In this document: positions 9,336-18,910 of the stretch, piece by piece
Layout of the letters: each line of letters begins with the position of its first letter
Numbering within the stretch: the first letter of the stretch is position 1
DNA from: Arcicella sp.
GTDB taxonomy: Bacteria; Bacteroidota; Bacteroidia; Cytophagales; Spirosomataceae
NCBI GenBank assembly: GCA_040403295.1
Contig: JBBAKY010000002.1
Location: forward strand, 474 to 64,473
Direction of reading: 5' to 3'
Length of the DNA: 64,000 nucleotides
Made by a program: the position numbers and the translations under genes
The notes under the pieces: generated by a model
Seen by the model: the letters and a program-made list of their open reading frames with translations, nothing else
Database searches by the model: none
Told to the model about the DNA's origin: nothing

Positions 9336-10250
9336 ATGATTTCTTCCAAAACCCTCATTATTATCGCTGGTCCAACCGCAGTTGGCAAAACTGATTTATG
9401 CGTCAAACTCGCAAAACTCCTTGATACCGAAGTAGTTTCAGCGGATTCTCGTCAGTTTTACCGAGAATTGGCCATTGGAACGGCTAAACCCACCGTCGAA
9501 GAAATGGACGGCGTAAAACATCATTTTGTGGATTCCCATTCCATTCAAGATTATTATTCGGTGGGTGATTTTGAACGTGATTGTTTGAAAGTTTTAGATG
9601 AAATTTTTCAGAAAAAAGACGTAGCTATTCTCACGGGCGGATCTGGAATGTTCATCAAAATGATAACGGATGGGATTGACGAAATGCCCGAAGCAGATTT
9701 AGAATTACGTCAAAATTTGGCTCAACGAATGAAAGATGAAGGACTTGAAATATTGTCCAATGAACTAAAAAATCTCGACCCCATTTATTACGAACAAGTT
9801 GATATTCAGAATACGCAACGGGTTTTGCGAGCATTGGAGGTTTGTATGGCTACGGGACAACCATTTTCGAGTTTTAGGAAAAAACAGAAAGTAAAACGAC
9901 CTTTCGATATGATAAAAATCGGATTAGAACGCCCACGGGAGGAATTGTACGCCCGAATTGACAAACGAATGGATATTATGTTGGCAAGTGGACTCGAAGA
10001 CGAAGCAAAATCAGTGATGAATTTCCGAGAACATTACGCTCTAAAAACCGTAGGCTATCGTGAAATTTACGAACATCTTGATGGCGAATATGACCGTGAA
10101 GAAATGGTGAGGTTATTAAAAAGAAATTCCAGACGATACGCCAAAAGACAAATGACATGGTTCAAAAATCAAGACGAATTTCATTGGTTCGATGCCAAGA
10201 ATGAAGCGGCGATTATTGATTTTATAAAAGAGCAAATGGATTTCTTGTAG
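9336..10250 (+). CDS. miaA: tRNA (adenosine(37)-N6)-dimethylallyltransferase
   Basis: GPTAVGKT P-loop, SADSRQFY, IGTAKP, GGSGMF, RVLRALEV, TVGYRE, RRYAKRQMTWF. Confidence 0.98.
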   Translation: MISSKTLIIIAGPTAVGKTDLCVKLAKLLDTEVVSADSRQFYRELAIGTAKPTVEEMDGVKHHFVDSHSIQDYYSVGDFERDCLKVLDEIFQKKDVAILTGGSGMFIKMITDGIDEMPEADLELRQNLAQRMKDEGLEILSNELKNLDPIYYEQVDIQNTQRVLRALEVCMATGQPFSSFRKKQKVKRPFDMIKIGLERPREELYARIDKRMDIMLASGLEDEAKSVMNFREHYALKTVGYREIYEHLDGEYDREEMVRLLKRNSRRYAKRQMTWFKNQDEFHWFDAKNEAAIIDFIKEQMDFL

Positions 10251-10255
10251 ATAAA

Positions 10256-10433
10256 ATTAGACCACGAATTTTACGGATTGAACAGATTTACACAGATTTT
10301 TCATTATTTCTACTTAAAGTTTTAACAGTATTTTTTAAACGATTAAGAGTATTATTAGCTACTAATAATTTGATCGAAAAGACTTATTTTATCTGTGCAA
10401 ATCTGTAAAATCCTGTTAAATCTGTGGTCTAAT
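10256..10433. repeat. MITE/REP-like element with about 42-bp imperfect terminal inverted repeats
   Basis: ATTAGACCACGAATTTTACGGATTGAACAGATTTACACAGAT ... ATCTGTGCAAATCTGTAAAATCCTGTTAAATCTGTGGTCTAAT. Confidence 0.75.
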
Positions 10434-10459
10434 CTCCTCAAAATTCACTTAAAAACAAA

Positions 10460-10488
10460 TGTAGCGAAGCCCAATGAGCCTCGCTACA
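10460..10488 (-). terminator. Probable terminator of the small minus-strand gene
   Basis: TGTAGCGA...TCGCTACA stem with A-rich flanks. Confidence 0.5.
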
Positions 10489-10535
10489 AATCATCCTTAA
10501 ACCAAAACTAAATAGATAATATGTTCTAAAATGCG

Positions 10536-10769
10536 TTAATTCTTAGGTCGGAACGTATAATTCAATATTTTCTGACCTACATAAATTAAACGACTATCTT
10601 TTAACATTATTACTTTTTTAGAAATATTTTGCACATGGTTGTTACTAATCTTTTCCTTCTTCAAATTCTTCTTACCTGCCAATAAATTATGCGGAAACCC
10701 CATTGCTAAAGCATTGTATGTCAGGGAAATACATAAAAATAAACTTACAATAACAGTTAAAGTTTTCAT
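10536..10769 (-). CDS. Small basic secreted hypothetical protein
   Basis: Signal-peptide-like N-terminus MKTLTVIVSLFLCISLTYNALA; minus-strand TATCTTTG promoter box at 10852-10859; downstream hairpin. Confidence 0.6.
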   Translation of the reverse strand: MKTLTVIVSLFLCISLTYNALAMGFPHNLLAGKKNLKKEKISNNHVQNISKKVIMLKDSRLIYVGQKILNYTFRPKN

Positions 10770-11298
10770 CGTTTGATACTTTTTTTTGAGCGTTAAATTG
10801 CTATTTATATTTTTTTAAATAAGTCGAGAAATCACTATTTTTATTTCAATACAAAGATAAGTGTTTAATTAGGTACTATGCAATACACAATACCTTAATT
10901 TTTGTTAAAATCTGGATAAGTGGTCGATTGGATTGATAAATGGTTGGGCTTTTTCAATAAGATGCAGGAAATTTGAAAAGGTTGCATCAAAGTACCACAA
11001 ATTTCCAAAATCGTACTTAATTTTTCACGATTCTGGAGAATCGTAGTACATTTTTCAAAAATATTTTTTCCATTAAAAATACCATGTTACCTAATTTTAG
11101 CGTAGCCTAAAATTCTTTCGACTTAGAATAGTGATATTTAAGTATAATGACAACGTATATCTGATAACGTCATATTCTTGCAAATACGGAAAAACAGACA
11201 TAGCTTTCGGAAAATTCAGTCTCAAAAAATAAATTTTAGCAATAGTTATTATTCTTAGAAAAATCTAAACTTCCTGAATTTTTCGGGGTCATTATTTT

Positions 11299-12828
11299 AT
11301 GCAAAATCTTCTTTCAAGACTCAATATTTCAGCCGTCAATCATGGAACGAGTACGGGATTAAATTCTTGGGCAATTGAAAACCCTGAACTCATCGAATCT
11401 TTTTCGCCCGTTGACGGTAAATTAATTGCCAAGGTTACCCAAACAACTTTGGATGATTATCAGCAAGTTATTGAAACTGCCAAAAACGCTTTCAACACTT
11501 GGAAAAATGTTCCTGCTCCTCGTCGTGGAGAAATTGTTAGACAAATGGGTGAGGCTTTTCGCCAAAATAAGGAGCCATTGGGACAATTGGTTTCCTACGA
11601 AATGGGAAAAAGTCTGCAAGAAGGTTTGGGCGAAGTACAAGAAATTATTGACATTTGCGATTTTGCCTTGGGGCTTTCTCGCCAATTATATGGACTCACG
11701 ATGCACTCCGAACGTCCGCAACATCGAATGTATGAACAATATCACGCTTTGGGAATTGTCGGCATTATTTCGGCTTTCAATTTTCCCGTTGCCGTTTGGT
11801 CTTGGAATGCCATGATTGCGTGGGTTTGCGGAGATGTTTGCGTATGGAAACCTTCTGAAAAAACGCCGTTGACGGGAATTGCTTGTCAATGTATCATTCA
11901 AGATGTTTTACGGAAAAATGAAATCTTAGAAGGCGTATCGTGTTTAATATCGGGAGATTATAAAGTTGGGGAATGGTTAAGTAATGACAAAAGAGTTCCT
12001 TTGATTTCAGCAACGGGTTCTACTCGGATGGGGAAAATTGTGGGTGCTGCCGTAGCGTCACGGATGGGTAAGAGTTTATTAGAATTGGGTGGAAATAACG
12101 CCATCATTATTACAGAAAATGCTGATTTAAACATCGCCATTGTAGCCGTAGTATTTGGAGCAGTTGGCACGGCAGGACAACGGTGCACCTCCACCAGAAG
12201 GGTAATTATTCATGAATCAATTTATGAAGAAGTGAAGAAAAGATTAGTGAAAGCCTACGGACAATTACGCATCGGAAATCCATTGGACGAAACCAATCAC
12301 GTGGGCCCTTTAATTGACCACAAAGCCGTAATTGCCTACGTTTCATCGGCTCATGAAGTAAAAGAAGAAGGCGGAACGATGTTAGTTGAAGAAGAGATTT
12401 TGGAAGGCAAAGGCTTTGAATCGGGTTGTTACGTAAAACCTTGTATTGCAGAAGTTGAGCCACATTTCAAGATTGTAAAACACGAAACCTTCGCTCCTAT
12501 TTTGTACCTCATGAAATATAAAACGTTGGTGGAAGCCATTGAAATTCAGAATAATGTTCCACAGGGATTATCGTCGTCTATTTTTACCTTGAATATGCGA
12601 GAAGCCGAACAATTTTTGTCGGTAAATGGCTCAGATTGTGGCATTGCCAATGTGAATATTGGAACCTCGGGCGCAGAAATTGGCGGAGCGTTTGGCGGTG
12701 AAAAAGAAACAGGCGGAGGAAGAGAATCAGGCTCAGATGCGTGGAAAGCCTATATGAGACGACAAACGAATACCATAAATTACGGAACGCAATTGCCGTT
12801 GGCTCAGGGAATTAAGTTTGATTTTTAA
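11299..12828 (+). CDS. amaB: Aldehyde dehydrogenase, ALDH7 / piperideine-6-carboxylate (aminoadipate-semialdehyde) dehydrogenase type
   Basis: GIISAFNFPVAVW, WKPSEKTP, LELGGNNA, GTAGQRCTS, ETFAPILY, SDCGIANVNIGTSGAEIGGAFGGEKETGGGRESGSD. Confidence 0.88.
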   Translation: MQNLLSRLNISAVNHGTSTGLNSWAIENPELIESFSPVDGKLIAKVTQTTLDDYQQVIETAKNAFNTWKNVPAPRRGEIVRQMGEAFRQNKEPLGQLVSYEMGKSLQEGLGEVQEIIDICDFALGLSRQLYGLTMHSERPQHRMYEQYHALGIVGIISAFNFPVAVWSWNAMIAWVCGDVCVWKPSEKTPLTGIACQCIIQDVLRKNEILEGVSCLISGDYKVGEWLSNDKRVPLISATGSTRMGKIVGAAVASRMGKSLLELGGNNAIIITENADLNIAIVAVVFGAVGTAGQRCTSTRRVIIHESIYEEVKKRLVKAYGQLRIGNPLDETNHVGPLIDHKAVIAYVSSAHEVKEEGGTMLVEEEILEGKGFESGCYVKPCIAEVEPHFKIVKHETFAPILYLMKYKTLVEAIEIQNNVPQGLSSSIFTLNMREAEQFLSVNGSDCGIANVNIGTSGAEIGGAFGGEKETGGGRESGSDAWKAYMRRQTNTINYGTQLPLAQGIKFDF

Positions 12829-12845
12829 CACATACTATTCAACAA

Positions 12846-13763
12846 ATGAAAACACAAGAAACCATCACAAAATCCCTCATGGAGAAGCTCTGGGAGGGTT
12901 ATTGCCAACGAGTTACTTATGCTCAACAATACGCTGATATGGTGAAAACCGAAGGTGGAAATGTGGTGAATGACCACTGTGCTTTCCGTACTTTCAACAC
13001 GTTTACGGGCGAACAACCTGCGGGAATTCGGGCGATTGAAGAGGTTTTGGAATCATTGGGCTACGAGAAAATTTCTCCGTATAGTTTTCCTTCAAAACAC
13101 TTGAATTCTTTTCATTATCAGCATCCCACAAATATCAATTTTCCAAAGTTTTTTGTGACGCAATTGGAGGTAAAAGAACTTTCGGAAGAAGCTCAAAACT
13201 TGATAAATGAAGCGGTAAAAGATACGCCAGATTTATTGAAAGGCGAATCTCGACAATTATTGGCAACGCTTAAACACAACAAAGAATTGATTAGTGAAGA
13301 GGCAGATAGATTGGTCGATACTTTGGCAAAATTCTTTGCTCGTCCGTGGAAATCGGCTAAAAAAGAAACGATTTTAGCCTTGAATAATGAGTCGCAATTT
13401 GCGGCTTGGACGCTTCTTCACGGTAATTCAGTCAATCATTTTACTGCCTATATTAATCATCAAAACGTTCCTGCTTGGGGCGATATTGAACAAACAATGG
13501 CCGTTTTGAGTAATGCTGGTATTCCGATAAAACCCGAAATTGAGGGTGCAAAAGGCAGTAAACTTCGCCAAAGTTCAACTCAAGCCATTGATGAAGATTG
13601 TCCAGTGGTAGATGCTGACGGCTCAATGACTACGTTGAAATGGTCGTACGCTTACTATGAATTAGCCGAACGTGGCTATCTGGAAACTGATGGTCAGCAA
13701 GTTTGGTTTGACGGTTTTCTTGGTGAACAAGCAACAAATCTCTTCGAAATGACCAAGCGTTAG
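12846..13763 (+). CDS. DUF1338 protein (HglS/YdcJ-like 2-oxoadipate dioxygenase/decarboxylase)
   Basis: VVNDHCAFRT, Y.FPSKHL, PKFFVTQL, ESQFAAW..HG..NHFT, LRQSST, YYELAER, FDGFLGEQATNLFEMT. Confidence 0.85.
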   Translation: MKTQETITKSLMEKLWEGYCQRVTYAQQYADMVKTEGGNVVNDHCAFRTFNTFTGEQPAGIRAIEEVLESLGYEKISPYSFPSKHLNSFHYQHPTNINFPKFFVTQLEVKELSEEAQNLINEAVKDTPDLLKGESRQLLATLKHNKELISEEADRLVDTLAKFFARPWKSAKKETILALNNESQFAAWTLLHGNSVNHFTAYINHQNVPAWGDIEQTMAVLSNAGIPIKPEIEGAKGSKLRQSSTQAIDEDCPVVDADGSMTTLKWSYAYYELAERGYLETDGQQVWFDGFLGEQATNLFEMTKR

Positions 13764-13766
13764 TAT

Positions 13767-13827
13767 TGGCACGCAGATGAGACTTACCGTCCGCCTTGAT
13801 GCTTCGGCAAGTCTCATGTGCGTGCCA
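13767..13827. repeat. Intra-operon REP-like hairpin (23-bp arms, 2 mismatches)
   Basis: TGGCACGCAGATGAGACTTACCG ... CGGCAAGTCTCATGTGCGTGCCA. Confidence 0.75.
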
Positions 13828-13856
13828 TATTTTTCACTCTTCTCCCACATAAAATC

Positions 13857-14912
13857 ATGCAAAATATTTTAGTAATTGGAATGGGCAAAGTTGGCTCATT
13901 GGTAGCCACGCTTTTGTCTAAACGTTTCAAAGTTAAAGGTTTAGATAAAAATAATCCTACCACAGCATTGCCTTTTGAGGTCATCAAAGGCGATATTTCG
14001 GATAAAGTTTTATTAGAAAAACTGATTCCACAATTCGATGCAGTGGTGTCGTGTATGCCTTATAATTTGAACTTGACGATTGCTCAAATTGCCTACAAAT
14101 CGGGAAAACATTATTTCGATTTGACGGAAGATATTCCCACAACTACTGCTATCCGAGAAATGGCTGCGAAGGGTAGTAAAGGCGTTTTAGCGCCGCAATG
14201 TGGACTTGCTCCTGGACTTATCGGCATCGTGGGAGCAGATTTAGCCAATCGTTTTACTAAACTCCGTGACATTGAACTGCGGGTTGGGGCATTGCCAAAA
14301 TATCCGAATGGACTTTTGGGATATTCCTTTACGTGGTCGCCTGCGGGAGTTATTAACGAATATTTGAATGATTGCGAGGTGATTCATAATGGCGAAAAGA
14401 AGTTGGTTTCTGCGCTCGACGGCATCGAATACATCAACATTGAAGGCAATGAATTTGAAGCTTTTAGCACTTCGGGCGGACTCGGAACCATGTGCGAAAC
14501 CTACGAAGGACGGGTAGATACGCTCAATTATAAAACCATTCGTTATCCCGGACACGGTAAACTGATGAAATTTTTGCTGTACGAATTAATCTTGAAAAAC
14601 AAGCGAGAACTCATCGAAGAAATTCTGACTCAGGCCAAACCGCCCGTGCAGGAGGACGTTGTGTATGTGTATGCAGTTGTGGAAGGTTGGAAAAATCAGT
14701 CTTTGGAAAGAGAGGAGTTTTATCGTGCTTATTCTCCCAAAATTATAGACGGAAAGCATTGGAGAGCCATTTCTTGGACAACCGCCGCTTCCATCGTGGC
14801 AGTCGTTGAAATGGTAGCAGACGGGAAATTACCTCAAAATGGATTTATCAAACAGGAAGATATTGTGTTTGAGCAGTTTTTGGAAACGGAGACAGGGAAG
14901 TTTTTCTTATGA
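13857..14912 (+). CDS. Saccharopine dehydrogenase family / L-lysine 6-dehydrogenase-like
   Basis: Rossmann VIGMGKVG, HYFDLTED, PQCGLAPG, RVGALP, TWSPAGVINEY, YKTIRYPGH; ATG at 13857 preferred over the longer ORF call. Confidence 0.87.
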   Translation: MQNILVIGMGKVGSLVATLLSKRFKVKGLDKNNPTTALPFEVIKGDISDKVLLEKLIPQFDAVVSCMPYNLNLTIAQIAYKSGKHYFDLTEDIPTTTAIREMAAKGSKGVLAPQCGLAPGLIGIVGADLANRFTKLRDIELRVGALPKYPNGLLGYSFTWSPAGVINEYLNDCEVIHNGEKKLVSALDGIEYINIEGNEFEAFSTSGGLGTMCETYEGRVDTLNYKTIRYPGHGKLMKFLLYELILKNKRELIEEILTQAKPPVQEDVVYVYAVVEGWKNQSLEREEFYRAYSPKIIDGKHWRAISWTTAASIVAVVEMVADGKLPQNGFIKQEDIVFEQFLETETGKFFL

Positions 14913-15003
14913 ATTTAGACCATAGATTTTATAAAAGTCATGTTTGAGTAACACCTTTATTGTAATGCTAATGAGCACTACAATAAAGGCATTCCCTGAA
15001 TCC

Positions 15004-16062
15004 TTAGCTTTTTAGTGAAGCCATGTCAATAACAAAACGATATTTTACGTCGCTTTTTACCATTCTATCATAAGCCTCATTAATGTCTTGCATTTTTATC
15101 AATTCAATTTCAGAAACAATATTGTGTTCCCCACAAAAGTCAAGCATTTCTTGTGTTTCAGCTATTCCACCGATTAGAGAACCTGCTACGGATTTTCTAC
15201 CCAAAATCATTGGAACTGTATTTAAAATAGGTTCAAGTCCACCCAAGTACCCAACTAAAACCACAGTACCATTAATGTTTAGTGTTGTAATATAAGGATT
15301 AACATCGTGTATATAAGGGACAGTATCAATAATCAAGTCGAATTTCCCTTTTACCAATTTCATCTGTGCTGCATCGGTAGAAATAATAACTTCATCTGCT
15401 CCTAATTCTTTAGCATCTGCTATTTTTTCTGCCGTCCTTGAAAATAGTGTAACAGTTGCACCTAAGCCTTTTGCCAATTTAATTGCCATGTGTCCTAATC
15501 CACCCAAACCCACTACTGCAACCTTAGTACCTTCTTTTACATTCCAATGTTTTAAGGGTGACCAAGTGGTAATACCAGCACAGAGTAAAGGAGCGACTGC
15601 TGCTAAATTTAGATTAGAAGGCACTTTCAATACAAAGTGTTCATCCACTACTATTTTTTCAGAATAGCCCCCCAAGGTATGACCTCCTAAATGTTTGTCT
15701 TTACTGTTATAAGTTCCTGTATATCCTGTTAAGCAATATTGTTCTAAATCTTTTTTGCAACTATCACAAGTTCCGCAAGAATCTACCAAACAGCCAACAC
15801 CAGCCAAATCGCCTACTTTAAATTTGGTTACTTCGCTTCCCACATTAGTTATTTTTCCCACAATTTCGTGACCAGGAACAGAAGGATACAAACTCCCGCC
15901 CCAATCGTTACGTGCCGTATGTAAATCGGAATGACAAACTCCGCAATATAGAATTTCTATCTCAATATCGTTTGCTGTTAATGTTCTTCGTTCAATGGCC
16001 ATTTGTTTCAAACTGTCCGTTGGAGAGTTTGTTCCAAATGCTTTTGTTTGTGTTGAATCCAT
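15004..16062 (-). CDS. NAD(P)-dependent zinc alcohol dehydrogenase (cinnamyl-ADH/YahK type)
   Basis: CGVCHSDLH, GHEIVG, structural Zn CGTCDSC..C, APLLCAGITT, GLGGLGHM, DVKYRFVID. Confidence 0.95.
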   Translation of the reverse strand: MDSTQTKAFGTNSPTDSLKQMAIERRTLTANDIEIEILYCGVCHSDLHTARNDWGGSLYPSVPGHEIVGKITNVGSEVTKFKVGDLAGVGCLVDSCGTCDSCKKDLEQYCLTGYTGTYNSKDKHLGGHTLGGYSEKIVVDEHFVLKVPSNLNLAAVAPLLCAGITTWSPLKHWNVKEGTKVAVVGLGGLGHMAIKLAKGLGATVTLFSRTAEKIADAKELGADEVIISTDAAQMKLVKGKFDLIIDTVPYIHDVNPYITTLNINGTVVLVGYLGGLEPILNTVPMILGRKSVAGSLIGGIAETQEMLDFCGEHNIVSEIELIKMQDINEAYDRMVKSDVKYRFVIDMASLKS

Positions 16063-16095
16063 GTTTTATTTTTTAATTAATTTAATTTGTATGCT

Positions 16096-16442
16096 CCGTT
16101 CTTGTCATTGAGAATACTGACAATAACGGGAGATAAAACTTATTCGTTCACTTGCTATGCAGATAGCTATGTTAGATTTTCTTGATTTAAATGCTTTTCC
16201 CAGTTGTAGTCAGTATCTCTACTGACAATAAAGGGAGTTAGTTATTATGCCGATTGCGAGATATGCTTCCATATTGTTGGTTATTGATATTCGGATATTG
16301 TGGTTTTATTACCGTGGTCGGTGCCTTCACCACGACAGCAATTTTACTCCTCTGATTATCAACTAATTATGAAAATAACAGGGAGAAAGTTTATTCGTCC
16401 ACTTGCTGACGCACGTTGGTAGGGTGAAGACACCGACCTCGG
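16096..16442. repeat. Cluster of REP-like palindromes with repeated linkers (BIME-like)
   Basis: Hairpins at 16096-16129 and 16203-16229; inverted pair 16312-16331 / 16423-16442; direct repeat TTATTCGT(T/C)CACTTGCT at about 16140 and 16391. Confidence 0.7.
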
Positions 16443-16577
16443 AGATATAATATAAAAATAATTATTTCTACAAACTTACTAAATTAGGCGTATTTCCCAA
16501 ACCCAATTTATCAAACGGTAAAAAACACAACCTATCAAAATATCCCCTAACTTAGCCCAAACAAATAAAACCAATCC

Positions 16578-17597
16578 ATGCAGTTAATCCTTCATCAATT
16601 CAAATTAAAACTTCGTCATACATTTACCATTACCCACGAGTCTCGTGATGTACAACCTACCCTTATTGTGGAGCTTCGAGATGGTGATTTTCGTGGTTTT
16701 GGGGAAGCTACCGAAACGCCTTACTATGGCGTAACAATGGCAAAAATGATGGCTCAATTAAAGGCCATTCGTCCGCTGATTGAGAATTATGACCTCCAAA
16801 GTCCAGAACAATTTTGGGCGGATATGTACCCGCACCTCAAAGACGACCATCCTTTTGCATTATGTGCCTTAGACATTGCCACCAACGACCTTTGGGCTAA
16901 GAAAAAAGGCCAACCTCTGTATAAATTATGGGGTTTGGATGCTACCAATAATCCTATTACAGATTATACCATCGGCATTGATACCGTGGAGAAAATGATC
17001 GAAAAAATGCAGGAAGTGCCATTTCCACTGTATAAAATCAAATTAGGGACAAAAGACGATATTAAAATTGTCCAAGAATTACGTAAACATACCAATGCGG
17101 TTTTTAGAGTAGATGCCAACACGGCTTGGGACGTGGAAGAAACTCTCAGTAACGCCATTGCCCTGAAAGATTTGGGCGTCGAATTTATCGAACAACCCAT
17201 GAAAGCCGACAATTGGGAAGGCATGAAACGGGTTTTTGCGGAGTCGGTTTTGCCCATCATGGCGGATGAAAGTTGCATCGTAGAGGAAGACGTGGCTCGT
17301 TGTTACGGGTTCTTTCATATCGTCAATATCAAACTGATGAAATGCGGAGGACTTACGCCCGCAAGACGCATGATTGCACACGCTCATCAATTGGGTTTGA
17401 AAGTAATGGTGGGTTGCATGACCGAATCTAACGTGGGCTGTTCTGCCATTGCTCAATTATTACCACTTTTAGATTATGTGGACATGGACGGAATTCTCTT
17501 GGTGGACGACCAAGTTTCCACGGGCATCACCATTGATTTTGGCAAGGTAATTTATTCGGAAGAAAATGGCACGGGAGCCTGTTTAATTGATAATTGA
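16578..17597 (+). CDS. Dipeptide epimerase (L-Ala-D/L-Glu epimerase, enolase superfamily)
   Basis: YKIKLG, RVDANTAW, FIEQP, ADES, NIKLMKCGG, MVGCMTES, DMDG. Confidence 0.93.
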   Translation: MQLILHQFKLKLRHTFTITHESRDVQPTLIVELRDGDFRGFGEATETPYYGVTMAKMMAQLKAIRPLIENYDLQSPEQFWADMYPHLKDDHPFALCALDIATNDLWAKKKGQPLYKLWGLDATNNPITDYTIGIDTVEKMIEKMQEVPFPLYKIKLGTKDDIKIVQELRKHTNAVFRVDANTAWDVEETLSNAIALKDLGVEFIEQPMKADNWEGMKRVFAESVLPIMADESCIVEEDVARCYGFFHIVNIKLMKCGGLTPARRMIAHAHQLGLKVMVGCMTESNVGCSAIAQLLPLLDYVDMDGILLVDDQVSTGITIDFGKVIYSEENGTGACLIDN

Positions 17598-17679
17598 CCG
17601 TTAATAATTGATAATTTTGGAGATTAAGTTTCTCGATTTCATTTATCAACTATTCTCTATTCATTATTCATTTACAAAA

Positions 17680-18732
17680 ATGAACTACGTAACCAACCAA
17701 TTACCAAGTCGAATTTTTACTACTAATTCCCAAGAATATTTGTGGTTTAGTGGCACTTCATATTTGGGAATTCCTCATCATCAAGGGTTCAGAGAAAATT
17801 TTATGCGTGCCTTTGCCCGTTATGGTACTTCGTGGGGAAGTTCACGGAATAATACTGTTCGTTTAGAAATATACGAAAAAGCGGAAATTGAGCTCGCTAA
17901 ATTTGCCAAAATGCCAGCCGCTTTAACCACCTCATCGGGTATGTGGGCGGGGCAATTGGTCGTTAATTTTCTCCAAAAACCTGATACCAAATTCTTCTTC
18001 GCCCCCAAAACGCACCCAGCCCTTTGGAATGGTGCAAGTCTGCAATTAGAAGATTGGGAAAAGGGTTTAAATTATTCAGCATGGGCTTTACAAATTGTTA
18101 AGAAAGTTATCGAATGTACGGCTAAAAATATTGTCATTTGTTCCGACTCAGTGGGTTCTCCTTACGTGGAAGCATTTGATTTTCAATGGATTAATGAATT
18201 GCCAACAAGTAAAAACATTACAATTGTTATTGATGCCTCGCATAGTTTTGGGGTTCACCATTTCAACCACTCAATCACTCAATCACTTAATCACTCAATC
18301 ATTTTCACCTCTTCGCTCAATAAAGCGATGGGCATGACGGGTGGCGCAATTTTCTCGGATGTGGAAACGCTTTCATCTATACGTCAGTCGCCGATGTTTG
18401 CGGGTGCCTCGCCCATGTTGCCCGCTTTGTTGGAAACTTTCGTGAATTCGCTTGATTATTTTACGGAACAACAAGCAAAATTATCCACAAATATTGCGTA
18501 TTTTAACTCCTTGATTTCTCAAAATTCCTTTCTGGATTCAATTGAAAATTATCCTGCGTATTGTACCCATCAGTCGGGCGTGCATGAGTTTTTGGAAGAA
18601 AATAGAATCATGACGGCTTGCTTTCCCTATCCAACGGCTACCGATTTACCTGTTACTCGTTTGGTTGTCAGTGCTTTGCACTTGAAAGAGGACTTAGAGA
18701 AGTTGGCTCTTACACTATCATTGCGAACGTAG
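17680..18732 (+). CDS. PLP-dependent aminotransferase class I/II fold (AONS-like)
   Basis: WFSGTSYLG, GTSWGSSR, DASHSFG, SSLNKAMG (PLP lysine), RLVVSALH; ATG at 17680. Confidence 0.85.
   Translation: MNYVTNQLPSRIFTTNSQEYLWFSGTSYLGIPHHQGFRENFMRAFARYGTSWGSSRNNTVRLEIYEKAEIELAKFAKMPAALTTSSGMWAGQLVVNFLQKPDTKFFFAPKTHPALWNGASLQLEDWEKGLNYSAWALQIVKKVIECTAKNIVICSDSVGSPYVEAFDFQWINELPTSKNITIVIDASHSFGVHHFNHSITQSLNHSIIFTSSLNKAMGMTGGAIFSDVETLSSIRQSPMFAGASPMLPALLETFVNSLDYFTEQQAKLSTNIAYFNSLISQNSFLDSIENYPAYCTHQSGVHEFLEENRIMTACFPYPTATDLPVTRLVVSALHLKEDLEKLALTLSLRT
18268..18299 (+). repeat. In-frame tandem octamer CACT(C/T)AAT x4 inside the aminotransferase
   Basis: CACTCAAT CACTCAAT CACTTAAT CACTCAAT encodes HSITQSLNHSI. 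Confidence 0.85.
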
Positions 18733-18861
18733 TGAAGCAATCCTTTCGATTAAAGCAGAAATATCTGAAAGCAAATCAGTAAATTTATCTGGGGATTCAA
18801 ACGATTGAATTCAAATAGCTCTTCATCATTCTTGCAGATTGGTTCGTTTCACTCGCAATGA
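18718..18861. repeat. TCATTGCGA...GCAATC-type palindromic element overlapping a stop codon
   Basis: TCATTGCGAACGTAGTGAAGCAATC ... GATTGGTTCGTTTCACTCGCAATGA imperfect inverted pair. Confidence 0.7.
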
Positions 18862-18910
18862 CACGTCATTTATATATTCTTAGAAAAATAACATTTCATC
18901 CACAACAATT

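Noticed and set aside
16096-16442. Possible CRISPR array
   Set aside because: The repeats are degenerate, partly inverted and irregularly spaced, and no cas genes are present; they fit REP/BIME better.
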